Origin: Octopus bimaculoides
Lineage: Eukaryota
Direction: 5' to 3'
Length of the DNA: 64,000 nt
Assembly (NCBI RefSeq): GCF_001194135.2
Contig: NC_068986.1
Coordinates: 72,381,218 to 72,445,217, forward strand
The notes beneath the pieces were generated by a model. The model was not told the DNA's origin. It worked only from the letters and a program-made list of their open reading frames with translations, and made no database searches. A program made the position numbers and the translations under genes. Below are positions 51,488-64,000 of this stretch, piece by piece (position 1 is the first letter of the stretch; each line of letters starts with the position of its first letter).

Positions 51488-53899
51488 GTACTTAAATCTC
51501 CCTTATTTTAAGGCCATGCTGTGTATAGTTTGCTTTATGCTTAGACCTCCCCTTAAAAAAATACACCTTTTATTTCACACTCTCTTTTTTTGTTGCAAGC
51601 TTTAATTCTTACTTCCTTGGAATTATTGGATGAGATTGATTACCAGAAATCAATTTATGATTAGATGGTTTTTCAATATTGTGTCTTCAATCTATTTGTT
51701 TCTGCACTTTTTCTTTGTGAATTTGCTTATTCATTTTGCTTTTTCTAACTTTTTTCTAGAACTTTTCACATAGTACAAGATATATTGCATGGTGTAAAAT
51801 GGTTCCATGTAGATCCACTCCCTTGCAGTTTTTCTTGATGCATAACGATTATATTTTTCATTGCTTTTACTTGATTTTTTTTTTTTTTTTTTTCCTGTTC
51901 ATACTTCTATTTCCCTATGAAAATTTCATTTTTATTTCTTAACTTTTTAGATGACAGAATAATTATTAAAATTTAAGTTTTTTTTTCTTTACACATTTAA
52001 TTTTTTAGTAACAAAATACAACTGAGATTGTTCATAAGATTACTATATTATAACTGTTACTCAAAATTTGTTTTGTTTTTAAATGAATCTGCTGCTTAAT
52101 ATTAAGTAGATGTCATTAACATGTAGGCACATTAATGCAAATTTTTTTAACATTTTTGTTACTGTATAACCAATTTAAAAATAATTTTAAATCATATTTA
52201 TATGACAGAATTTTCAAACTTTTAATCTTTATTTCTTACCCAAGGTAATTATATTACATGTTCTGAGGATTCTTTGCAAAAAAATGTTAGCTAAAGGTTA
52301 AAGGGATTGAAATATTTTTTCTTATAGTTATCCAAAGAGGAAAGAATAGATTAAAAAGGACTTGTAGGTTGGGAAATTGGGTACTGTTGAAATTGCTATG
52401 AAGATAACAGTATTCTTCTTTGAAATAAATGAATTTTTAAAAATCTCCAGCTTTATTTGTCATCCAACATATTTTTTATTCAAAGAAGAGTCTCATCTGA
52501 AAGACCAGAATACACCTTACTCTACATAAATTTATTTTATTTCACAAGATTTATAAATTGTTTTGTTGATGACTGCACTCACTTGTTTCCTCAGCCTCTG
52601 GCTATTTTTCTTTGCTGTGGATACTTTTTTTTATTTTAATTTCTTCTGTTGAATGCAGTTGTGAGTTTAAAGTACTGAACTACAGACAATGTTATGACTT
52701 CAAAACATTATTTGTTTTTGTATACCTGACATCAGATTCCTCCTACTTCATAGTTCAAAAATTAGCAGTAGTAAGAGTATCAAACTGTAAAGCAATTGTT
52801 CTAACAATGCTTTGGTTTATTTCCAATGGTGGCACAAGTATGATTTTTTCCAGCTGAATCCCTACCTTATCAGTAAGCACACAATAATCAACTATAAGTG
52901 AAAAGAAGCTCAGAGCAGGAGGTTTGTTGATATTCTGCCATGTAAGAATGGAAACTTTAAAGTATTGGCTATATGAAGCAGGATGTCATTAACCCATTTG
53001 TTACCATATTTCTATTGAAATACACAGCCTTTGTTTCAGTTAATTTTTAAAGAATAATAAAAAAATTTAATGAAATAACTGTAACCATTTGGTGTTGGGA
53101 ACATGAATTAACATGAAATCTGGAAAGTTTTAATTTAGATCAATTTAAAACAAGAAGTTTTTATCATAAAACCAGAGTCAGTAATCTCAGGTAGGGTGGT
53201 TTCAAAATGGTTAAGAAGAATTTTGTCTGGAGCATCATTGGCAGTCTTGTACTTAGTCACAGTGTGAAGAAAGAGATGCAAAATCATTACTATGAGAAAT
53301 ATGAGTGGAAGTGAAAATGTACTGCTGGTGCAACCAAAAAAATGGGTTATTAAAGTTACTTTAATCATATTTAATCATGAAAATAGAGAAAGCTTCAGGT
53401 CAAAAAGGACTCGTTGCTGTGAGTTTGAAACTACCAGGCTTTGTAAATATGTTCATTGTTTAGTTATTAAGTGTAGATAAGTGTTACATTCAACACAATG
53501 ATTTTGTGTAACACTGCTCTCCTAAACCAAAAGGTCTTAGGAAATTGTTGATGGGCCAAGTTTAAAGTGAATTCCTTGAAACTGGCAGAGGATAATGTTA
53601 ATTTGGACAAAATGCTGACAATGCAAAAAACAAAAGGATTTCATGAGCCAATATTGGAGCCTCTAAGTCAATCAAGAGTAAACTGTAGCCCACAGGACCT
53701 TCTAAATGGCACACCTAATGAAAAATTACCTTAAAATTTTTTAATAGCGTAATCTGTCTGGTGATGAGCCATATCTCGTTTAGCCTGCTTCTCAGAAAAG
53801 GTTACTCATGCCTGCTTTACATGGTTGTTGCATTAGCTAAGAATAGCAGCCAAATATTCCTCATCACATCCCAGAGCAAAAAACAAACAAAAAAAACTG

Positions 53900-54330
53900 C
53901 TACATTAAATAATGTAGCCAATGATGGGTTGTCATCTATCAGAGATCCCACTGTTTGAGTAAAAGTATGGTTGCTGAAGTGAAAAAAAGAGGTGGAAGCT
54001 CCTATCTCTGTGTGTAAAGGCAAACTCTATGAAGTTTATGTAAATAGTGGGATGTTACATGGTCATGAGACAATCATTGGATATAGATCTTTTGAACTTA
54101 GAGAGTAATAAAGTATAATCTGTTGGGAGTAGAACGTTAACTGAAAAAGTGGACCACAATTGTGCTAAGAAAGCAGTTGTTGATAAAAGACATCAGCCAA
54201 CGTAATGTGAGAGACATGACTTCATTGGCTCTGAAGTGATCAAATAGATGAAGATTATTATGCATGTAGAAAGAGAGGAGGATTGATCTCAGGAGTTAAA
54301 TCTCAGAATTAAGATTGATCAGGATTGAGG
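53900..54330 (+). mobile_element. RTE LINE relic
   Basis: SLCVKGKLYEVYVNSGMLHGHET resembles RTE SLRVKGRLYDACVRSAMLHGSET. Confidence 0.55.
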
Positions 54331-55088
54331 TAATTTGAGACATTCAGTACAACAAAACATAAGGGAGCATGATAAAACATAAAGAAGCATGATAGAACAA
54401 AGTATGATTTGTTTGCTCTATTTTTTATTATGAGCTTTTTTTATATATATTTTCTTCAGTACACACCTACTTTTTCTTGGTCAATTATATAAATGGTAAT
54501 AAGTTTCTTGTCAAAGGCATGCATGTTTTCTTATTTTCTTCTATATGTTAAACTATCTCAAAGATCTCAGTCTTATATAAATATTATTGTAAATGACATT
54601 AAATAAATCAAGACAGAAAGAAGGTTCTTTATTTGAGACAATTACCACAATAATTGCTCATTCATTAATGCAGTTAAATTAAAATTATAATTGTTCCATC
54701 TGTGAATGATGTCCAGACATTGAGTTCTTGGTTCAAACAAACCCTAAGAACATTTGATTCAGTTTATATCAAAACGTGGATGAAATCTTTTTTAACTTCA
54801 ATGTTTTCAAGATAACATTCAACAAACCTATATCAGAAATAGTAAATTGTCATGATTTGCTTTTCATTTCTAGATTTAATATATAATTCTTCATCATTTT
54901 AAATGTTTATTATATTAATCAAACTAAAGAGATATCAGTTTCTTGCCTTTTAAAATTGATGACTTAAAACTTTCCTTTAAATATAACAGTTCTATTTTGG
55001 AATAGCGGGCTTCAAAGCACATAAAGCTATAAATAATAATATGTAAGAAACCTTTGACTTGTTCTATCCAAAAGGGTTTTTGAACCTA

Positions 55089-55164
55089 ATATTATATGCT
55101 TATGTATATATTATATGCTTATGTATATATTATATACTTATGTATATATTATATACTTTATGTA
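55089..55164. repeat. AT-rich minisatellite (~20-bp unit, 3-4 copies)
   Basis: attatatgcttatgtatat repeated. Confidence 0.8.
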
Positions 55165-56099
55165 CTTTGAGATCTACTGTTCCAGAAAAAATTATAACAG
55201 TTCCAATTATTGATTATTAAATATTTTGATATTTCATTTTCCTTTCAGAATATGTTATTTGTATATTTAACTGTTTAGATCCTCTTCTTTACTTGTTATT
55301 ACTCATGGTTATATGTAATGATGCTGTTAGCCTAAGAATTGATAGTGTGTATGTATATTAAGAATTGGTAGTATCTATCTATCTATATATATATATATAT
55401 TATTAAAAAAATGGCAAAAAATCATATATTAATTAATATCGATTAATTACCAGGAAGCTAGCACATTTAAAGAATCAAAGAGATTCAGAAACAGTATCTG
55501 CAATCTCAGGAGATTAAAGTACATTTTTATATATGACGTTGACTACTAACGTGGACATACAATGTGCTAGAAATAGATCACATCTTGTGTCTAAAAAGAC
55601 CTAAATTGTTCTCAACATGAAATATAGCGTGATACCAAAACGTAAGCGGGCAAGACATTTAAAAAAACCGAAAAGGAACATTATTAAACAGGANNNNNNN
55701 NNNNNNNNNNNNNNNNNNNNNNNNNNNNNNNNNNNNNNNNNNNNNNNNNNNNNNNNNNNNNNNNNNNNNNNNNNNNNNNNNNNNNNNNNNNNNNNNNNNN
55801 NNNNNNNNNNNNNNNNNNNNNNNNNNNNNNNNNNNNNNNNNNNNNNNNNNNNNNNNNNNNNNNNNNNNNNNNNNNNNNNNNNNNNNNNNNNNNNNNNNNN
55901 NNNNNNNNNNNNNNNNNNNNNNNNNNNNNNNNNNNNNNNNNNNNNNNNNNNNNNNNNNNNNNNNNNNNNNNNNNNNNNNNNNNNNNNNNNNNNNNNNNNN
56001 NNNNNNNNNNNNNNNNNNNNNNNNNNNNNNNNNNNNNNNNNNNNNNNNNNNNNNNNNNNNNNNNNNNNNNNNNNNNNNNNNNNNNNNNTAAAGTACATT

Positions 56100-56456
56100 T
56101 TTATATATGACGTTGACCACTAACGTGGACATACAATGTGATAGAAATAGATCACATCTTGTGTCTAAAAAGACCTAAATTGTTCTCAACATGAAATATA
56201 GTGTGATACCAAAACGTAAGCGGGCAAGACATTTAAAAAAACCGAAAAGGAACATTATTAAACAGGAACCGGTTTCGAATATTAACAATCTTACCGACTG
56301 TCTATTTCTCATCAGCCTGATTTGTAAAGGAACCATAATCATCAGAACCCCATACAAAGTTGTCCACCGCCATAGGTGCGCATGTATATGGTTCTGCTAA
56401 TTACAGCTTAATGGTAAAAATCAACGTCATATATAGTGGTCAACGTCATATATAAA
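56100..56456. mobile_element. Small MITE with 23-bp terminal inverted repeats in TA-rich flanks
   Basis: tttatatatgacgttgaccacta (56100-56122) and tagtggtcaacgtcatatataaa (56434-56456). Extra subterminal tcaacgtcatatata at 56421-56435. Confidence 0.7.
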
Positions 56457-56639
56457 TATATATATATATATATTTCATGGTAGTGTTATGTAAATTAAGT
56501 ATATGTTTATGTATATTACGTGTTATGTATATCAAACTTATACAGGGACTAAAATATTCTCTGAACTTTTTCCCAGCTATTATAAAAAATTAATTTCTTG
56601 AATATTGTGTCAAAACTAAAAGTGGGTTTGTTTAACTTT

Positions 56640-56960
56640 TGTTAACATTTTTTTAGTGTCTTTACAATGATACTTCTATACCAATCATATGGCATGACAC
56701 CTTGCATGTCTTGATCAACTATCCAGCTTATAATTATGTTTTCTACCTCACCAGATACTTCAAGCATCTCTGCAACTATTCTCGATTGATCTGTGTCTTT
56801 CCTCTTTTCCATGCCCTTAATCACTTTATCACTTTTCATCCCATGCATTTTCCACATTTAACAGACTCTCATAATAGCACTTTCACAAGACTTTTTTGTC
56901 TCTATCAATAGTCAGTTAGCCTTCATCATTCCGTATACACTTTTCGGCACTTGTATCTTG
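56640..56960 (-). mobile_element. RTE LINE RT N-terminal relic
   Basis: VIKGMEK...SRIVAEMLEVSG...GVMPYDWYRSIIV resembles RTE KAAGPSGIVAEML...P.DW..S.IV. Confidence 0.65.
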
Positions 56961-57049
56961 GTTCTCTCTTACACACTGTCTCGCAGGGCATGTGCAGAAT
57001 TAGAGACATATTTATACAAACATTACAAACAAAAAATTCCCTCTATCTT

Positions 57050-57470
57050 TTTTGTAACTTATTTCTTATGAAATTTACAGGTAAGCTGGATTACTCCTTT
57101 CAGAAACAACAAACCTTGGCATGTAGGAATTTCATCAATACATATACAAACAAAATTAACTGTTCCCCTTTGTTCTACAAACAAATTAGTCTGTTGTGTG
57201 ATCATTCCAATCAAAACTTAATAGAAAAAGTTCTGAACAGATTTGACTTCAGCTTCTGGAGATATTTTTGGATAACACTTGCAACATTTTCAGTGTTTGA
57301 CCATTCTTCCACTATTATTTCATTCAAGTCATTTGATAAAAAACTGAACAGATCAAAGTCAGACATTATAGTGTGCTTGGAAGAAATAGATATATTGCTC
57401 TGATTATCTATGAAACTCCTTATCTGCTATTAATTCATTAAATAAACCTTCAAGTAAGTTGTTGCTCAAA
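57050..57470 (-). mobile_element. Possible piggyBac-type transposase relic
   Basis: DFDLFSFLSNDLNEIIVEE and IDEIPTCQGLLFLKG weakly resemble piggyBac FELFFxDxLIExIVEET and xEIxxFLGILILxG. Confidence 0.3.
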
Positions 57471-59554
57471 GAATGATTAGCAACCATTTTACAAAGAAAG
57501 TTACGATAAAAAAACAATTTTTTTAAAGGTTACAAAAATTCACTAACATGTGGATCAATGTTATTAGTGTTATCAATGTTAGAGAATGTAAATAAATTGA
57601 GAAAAGAATTAGTTTTCTCTTTAAGATTAGAGAGTTGATAACTTGGTTTAAAGCAAATGTAAACTTGCATGGTCTAATTCATATGGTTTCATTTGGTATA
57701 GGACTGACGTATGTGGTGTCATGGAGATTTGGCTTGCACCAATATGTTAAAAGTTAATCTTAAAGAAAATAATATCAGTTGTTTTAATCAAAGTTGGTAT
57801 CAGTTGTTCTTTGCAGTAGTTTTTTATACTATAGAAAAATGTTACTTCTAAGTTTGAAATAAATTTGAAATTGAGTAGTTGAAAGGAATATTTTCTTAAA
57901 TTATATTTCAAAATATCAGCTCAGTCCAAAATGCAAGAGAAATTTGAATTATCAATAAAGATCTTTTGCTGATAAAAGTTGCTCTTCTTTCTTAGATTTG
58001 TAAAGTCACAAATTTTGTGAAGGTAACATTATTTGGTAATGCCAGAATTACTTATGGGATTACTTTTTGAGACATTTCCTCATGTTGTGCTGTACTATAC
58101 CCCTACTGAGATGCATTATTAATGTTAAAAAAGGTATTTCTACTTCACACATTAATTGTGTAGCTGGTGATAACCTAACTAGAAAATTCTTTTATAAATA
58201 AACAAATGTATGTAGCTATTCAACCCTTGCTATCTTAAGCAAAGTAGAGCCAAGAGATGAGAGATGAATGGAACCTATTGGTGGAAAGGTTTGGTAGATT
58301 TGCATGCCAAATATGATCAAAGGCTTTGCTGATGCCTAGTGCAACAATATTGCCCACTGGTGGTCTCCAGTGAGTCTGGTTGTGCAGAAGATGTACTGGT
58401 AGTCACTGAAGGCAGAAGATTCACCTTGGAGGTGTTAGAAGTGCAATGGAAGGAGAATTGCTTTGATTTGGATATAACATTGATGCATGCTTCTAAATGT
58501 CATATCTCAGTAGAGAATGAGATTAAAGATTGATGAGTATAAAAGCAAGTTCTTCTAGGGTGTATTGAGTGCAGTGGAAGAGATATTGTGTGGGCCAGTG
58601 GCTTTGTTTGTTTAAACAAAGCTGGTTATATTTTTGTACTTTGCATATGTGTAAGTAGGGCAAGGAATCATTTGAGGTGGAAAGGAGAAGTTTTGGAGGG
58701 GATTGACTATGTGTAGTGTGGATTTGCATGATAAGTGAGTAACAAAAGTGGAGGTGTTCTCCAAGAGGGTATCACTTACAGAGCCATTGTTGTTTAGAAG
58801 ACGAGGAAAAAAAGTAATTCAGCCAAGTCAGTTGAGATCCTTTTGGCCAGAGACTAAAAGGATTGGCCACAGTTTAGGAGATGGGAAAGCTTAAGAGACA
58901 TATGATGTCTTTGTTCATGAAATAGTGGAATAAATACCCTCTCAGTTTCTTTCTTCTAATCTTCACCCAAAGTCACTCCCATGAGGAGTCATGATTTTTC
59001 ATATTCTTAATGTTTATGTAGATCTGCCCGTTTAACTGCATTTCTTCTAGCACTTCATTTCTTTCATAAGTTATCCTGCTGTAGTATGCTTTCTTCTCTT
59101 CAAGTTCCACAAAAGTAAGTCCTAGTTCTTTGGCAGCATGTTTAAACTGTTCTTCATTCACACTATCAGAAATGCTAAGTCTTCTATTACCAATTTTCTG
59201 TTTCATGCATATATGGCTGATATTTGCCTTGGATGAAATGTTTCAAATTGTTATTACTAGTATTATTAAAAGTAGTGATATGGTAAAATCATTAGAGCAC
59301 TAGAAAAATGCCTTCAACATTTCTTTCAGGTCTATACATTCTATGTTCAAATCCTGCTGTAGTCAACTTTGCCCTCCACCTCTCCAGAGTCAACAATTTT
59401 AGTATTAGGATCAATGATATCAATCCTCTCTCCTAAAAGTTGTTGCATGCATGTCTAAATCCAAAACTTATTACATACTACTACTACTACTACTACTATC
59501 ACTACTATTAGGGTTGGCAGAAATGTTAATGTCAGAAAAAATTCCTTTCTGTAT

Positions 59555-59848
59555 TCATCATCATCATTGTTTAATGTCCGCTTTCCATGCTAGCATGGGT
59601 TGGATGATTTGACTGAGGACTGGTGAACCACATGGCTACACCAGGCTCCAATCTGATTTGGCAGAGTTTCTACAGCTGGATGCCCTTCCTAACGCCAACC
59701 ACTCCGAGAGTGTAGTGGGTGCTTTTACGTGCCACCAGCACGAAGGCCAGTCAGGTGGTACTGGCAACAGCCACGCTCAAACTGGTGTATTTTACGTGCC
59801 ACCTGCAAAGGAGCCAGTCCAGCAGCACTGGCAATGATCTCGCTTGAA
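59555..59848 (-). mobile_element. Repeat family B, full copy
   Basis: catcatcatcattgtttaatgtccgctttccatgctagc...ggcaatgatctcgcttgaa. Confidence 0.85.
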
Positions 59849-60371
59849 TAGTTCCAGCTTTTTACATTGTAAGTTCAAATCCTGATGTTGACTTTGGTTT
59901 TCATCCTGTAAGGATGAAAGGGTTGATGAAATATAGTATCAGTCAAATACTAGAGTTAATGTAATCACTTACCCCCACCCCAATTGCTGGCCTTGTGCCA
60001 AAATTAGACACACTTTGACACAAAGTGATAAACTTGCAGAATTGTTAGAGCATCAGGAAATGCCTTTCAATATTTATTCTGGCTCTTTACATTCTGAATT
60101 CATATTCTGCTAAAGTCACCTTTGCCTTCCACCTTTCAGGGTTGATAGAATAAAGTACCTGTGAAATAGTGAGGTTCATAGTATTGACTAATGCTGTTCC
60201 TCCACACAGACTCCCTACTAAAAAATACCTCAGACCTTGTCACTATTACAGTTATAATTATGAAGGGTGGTGAATTGTAGACAAAACACTTTACAGCATT
60301 TGTATAGGATCCTTCATGTTCTGTGTTCAGTTCATGTTAGGCTTAATTTTGTCTTTCATCCTCCCAAACTT

Positions 60372-60712
60372 AAAGGGTAAACACTACCTTTGATCATGAA
60401 TGAACATGGGATTGCACCTAGAAAGTTACCCTCTGAGGCACAAGTCTAGGCACATTTGTTTATGGAAGACCAGCAGTCACACATGCATACCAGCCTCTCC
60501 TCCTCATACCACCAGTGTTATTCAAGGGAAAGACAAAGGCTGATACAGCCTGGCACCAGTGATGTCACAACTCATTTCTACTGTTGAGTGAACAGGAGCA
60601 ACATGAAATAAAGTGTCTTACTCAAGAACACAACACACAGCCTGGTCTGGGAAATCGATCTCACTACCTCATGATTGTAAGCCTGATGCTCTAACCACTG
60701 AGCCATGCACCT
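60372..60712 (-). mobile_element. SINE family C
   Basis: Reverse complement of 1720-2062 (…ctctaaccactgagccatgcacc). Confidence 0.8.
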
Positions 60713-60967
60713 TCAACCCAGGCTAAATAAACAACCCCAGTATTGATGTTAACTATCCTTCTACTATAATGTGATATTGTGCCAGTGGTTATTTTTTATA
60801 TAGAATTTCTTTCAGAATCACACCTTAAAACTAAAATATTTTTTTGATATTTAGTTTGTTGATTCTTAAAGTTTATTTTTTCTTTGTTCCTCCTGGGATC
60901 AGTAAGTACAAGTAATATACTCGGGTCAATTTACTATATCTCCTCCTCTTCAAAATTTATCCTTATA

Positions 60968-61295
60968 GGTGCAGGTGTGGCTATGTGGTAAGAAGTTTGC
61001 TTCCCAACCACATGGTTCCAGGTTCAGTCCCACTGTGTGGCACCTTGGGCAAATGTCTTCTACTATAGCCTCAGGCCAACTGAAACTTTGTGAGTAGTTA
61101 TGGTAGACGGAAACTGAAAGAAGTCTGATGTGTGTGTGTCCCCAACCATCACTTGACACTTGATGTTGATGTATTTAAGCCCCTGTAACTTAACACTTTG
61201 GCAAAAGAGACCAAAAGAATAAGTACCAGGCTTTAAAAAAATTTGTCTTGGAATCAATTTGTTTGAGTAAAATTCTTCAAGGCTGAAACAAGTAA
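60968..61295 (+). mobile_element. SINE family A
   Basis: gtgcaggtgtggctatgtggtaagaagtttgcttcccaacc...ggctgaaacaagtaaa. Confidence 0.8.
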
Positions 61296-63172
61296 ATGGT
61301 AATTATACCTAAAGAAGAAACATTTTAGTCTCCTATTTATTATTGTGCATAACACAGGCACACATATTTGTAGAGGATGTGTATAATGAACTTGAATTTT
61401 AGTATATTGCTGGTAAATATTAACCATGGAAGGTTAAAAGATAGAACTCAGATGGATATAACTATTTCAAAGCTTTCATTACCCTATTATTTTTAAACAC
61501 TTCAATGTAAAATGTACTTTATTGGTACTTAGAATTAGATATGTCTTTAATATCTTTTTGTCTGTTTGTTTGTTTGCTGGGGTAAAAAGTGTAAAACATT
61601 GAATTGCTAATTATAAAATTGTTGATATGTGACTGAGTCACTGTCTTTGCAAGAGACATATTTAAATGCAGCTGGTCACCACAAGTAGTTGTTAGTTCAA
61701 CCACTTCAGAATATTACTATTAGTATGCAATCCCTGAAATACCAGACATTCACCTACTCCTGAATGTATCTGAATAATAGTTGTTCCTATTCTTTCTTAA
61801 ATAAAAAAACAATTTTATTTTATTTCTGTTTTGAATTTGTTTAGTAATATTTAAAATAATATTATATCAAAATATTATTCTATGTCTATTAACAATTTGT
61901 TTTAATATCCAGATATTGGACATATATATGAATTCGACTTAGTTGATTTTGATTTACTTGAAATTTTAGAAATATAATGAATTTTCAGGGTTTTTGTTTT
62001 TTTTCCTTTTATGCATATTGTCTGTAAGAATAACTATGATAATAGCATTTTTGAAGTTGTTTATATTCATGATTATTCAAAGAAAGAAGTTAATTAATCA
62101 GTGTTTTTTTTTTCTTATTTTTAATCAAGAAGGTGGAAATAAGATTTGTGAATTCATGCTTTTCCTAACTATTTAAAAATACAAGTGAAGTAAAATAGTT
62201 AAGACTTAGAATACAAATATTAGATTTCATTTGAAGAGCGCTTACTACACTGAGATGAAAATTTCTATTATAAAACCTTGGTTCAACATTAATAAGTATA
62301 GGGAAATAGAACATTGTGATGTTTGTTCCTATCATTCAGCCATTAGTGGTATATGTGAAAGTGCTTTACAAAAACAAGGAAACTGAGTTGTAAATTTGGT
62401 TCCCAGAGAATTTACAATGTCTGCTATATCATCTAGGATCATCATAACTGGACACGCTCAATGTGGTAGCCTTATCACTCTCATTCAACAAGCTGTATTA
62501 GATTTAAAATTGGAACTACAGCTTTTAAATTTTCAAGCAACAGGTTAAAAACTTAATGTTTTATTTAACCTGTTATTGTATTCTAATTCTGTAAAAAAAA
62601 AATTTAAAAAAATTATCGAGGCTTTTTAATTAACCACCATGAAAATCTCATTGGATAGTTATTTATATATAGTCTTTTGCGATCTCCTAAATAATTTAGA
62701 ATTGTAAATGAAGTAGGTTCAATTGTGAGTTAGTCATGGTCTAAATTTACTGAAAACAGCACTTACTCCAGATCGTTTCTTCTTTCTACATAGCATCCAC
62801 CTACATTACATAATTAGGTTAATGTTTCATTATCAAATGAAAGATGGTATTAGATCTTTCTGGAACATTTTGAAATAATTTTGTATTCTTTGATTTGCTT
62901 TAGCCATCATGACTAAGGCCATGCTAGAGCACATGTTTAAAATACTTTAATAAGTGATTTAAAGTATTCCATAACTAAAATGTCTAGTCAGATTGTATTT
63001 TATTAACCAGATTGTTCTTACTGTTTATATGATACTTACTTCATTTCGTGAGGGTATCATATTTAAAATTATTTCACTAATCTTTTGAAATATCTCTTTT
63101 GATTGAAATACATACTTGAAATGTTATTTTGGCTTCAATGATTTTAAATTATGCCTGCTGTTTTCTTTATAG

Positions 63173-63208
63173 GCCCAATAAACGTCTTAGTTCAGCTGCT
63201 TATGCCAG
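63173..63208 (+). CDS. RAB11FIP3/4: RAB11FIP3/4-like exon 7 (36-nt microexon)
   Basis: Acceptor gttttctttatag, donor CAG|gtaaat. Phase 2/2. (W/M)PNKRLSSAAYA; KRLSS recalls a motif in FIP3/4. Downstream exons lie beyond the window. Confidence 0.75.
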
Positions 63209-63529
63209 GTAAATATAGTCCCTTAAAAACGTTTTTAATATACTTCCTCTACTAACATTAAACCAGTTTTTAAAATAATTGACAAGCTGATTGCTTTTAA
63301 GAATATTCTGCAATTATACTTTAGTTTCAAGAATATTAATCCCCCACCATCAAGTACAAAAGCCCCCAAAATATTCATATTGTAGGCAACTCTACATATG
63401 AATTCTAAAAGAAGTGGGCATCTCAACAAATTGAGTCCCATGCCCTCAGTTGGTTGTACTATAGAAACTTGCAGCTGTCCTCTGATATAAATTTTTGTAT
63501 CTTTTAATATAAATCAGTTAATACATCTC

Positions 63530-64000
63530 TGAAAACTTTTGCTGGTTATTACCACATTCAGCTTCCAGATTGTCTTCTGTTTCTAGGTCTCTGAATCCAT
63601 TGACCTCCTACTTTAAAGTTACTAGTCACCAGTCTGTGTTAAATAGTACTACTTTATTCATATGGAATAGACTTGGTATTCATAACTGGCTATCCCTTTT
63701 GTTTTTGGCAAGTACAAAGTCTATCTGGTTTCTGTGTGTATCTGATTGGTCAGTGATAAGCTGGCTGGCCAGTTTCTTGAAGTTTGTATCACAAATGGTA
63801 AGATCATTTGTGCCTAAGTACTCACTCTTCAGTTCATGTACTAGCGCTATAACCTCCAAGTATACCAGAGAAACCCTCACTGTTGCCCATTACATCCATT
63901 AAAATCAGTCATGATGATTTTAATGGGTATAGCCAGGTTGCTGTCATTCATTTTGGAGGTAATCTACTGAAGGGTCTCCTAATAATCCTGCTGCTTAACT
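63530..64000 (-). mobile_element. RTE LINE AP-endonuclease relic
   Basis: ORF 63680-63880: NDLTICDTNFKKLASQLITDQSDTHRNQIDFVL matches the RTE APE motif NTxFKK...HLITY.SG...QIDY. Confidence 0.7.

Noticed and set aside
56191-56400. Basic ORF MKYSVIPKRKRARHLKKPKR... resembling an NLS
   Set aside because: Lies wholly inside a ~350-bp MITE, with no splice context or recognisable homology.
1-64000. CRISPR arrays, rRNA genes, prokaryotic operons
   Set aside because: Spliced eukaryotic gene with SINEs; no regularly spaced repeat-spacer array or rRNA-like sequence seen.

Overview
AT-rich, repeat-dense eukaryotic genomic DNA with assembly gaps; the SINE families and gene structure look like an octopus (inference from recognised repeat sequences). 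The window holds the 5' part of a + strand Rab11 family-interacting protein 3/4 (Nuf/arfophilin class) gene. Seven exons (4634-4807, 32075-32174, 35244-35302, 43349-43548, 45605-45709, 51419-51487, 63173-63208) join with GT-AG sites and consistent phases, and the gene runs past the window end. Its 27-kb first intron carries an antisense BLOC1S2 ORF with no intron in its visible part, whose 3' end is lost in a gap. That ORF is bracketed by ~150-bp inverted repeats, suggesting a gene-capturing transposon or an inverted duplication. About 360 bp upstream of the start codon is a near-perfect palindromic MITE with an 8-bp TSD, GG termini (Merlin-like) and telomeric TTAGGG repeats. The rest is SINEs, microsatellites and decayed mariner/maT, Gypsy, RTE, Penelope, HERO-like, CR1/Jockey-like and Helitron relics. 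Repeat boundaries were read by eye and are approximate.
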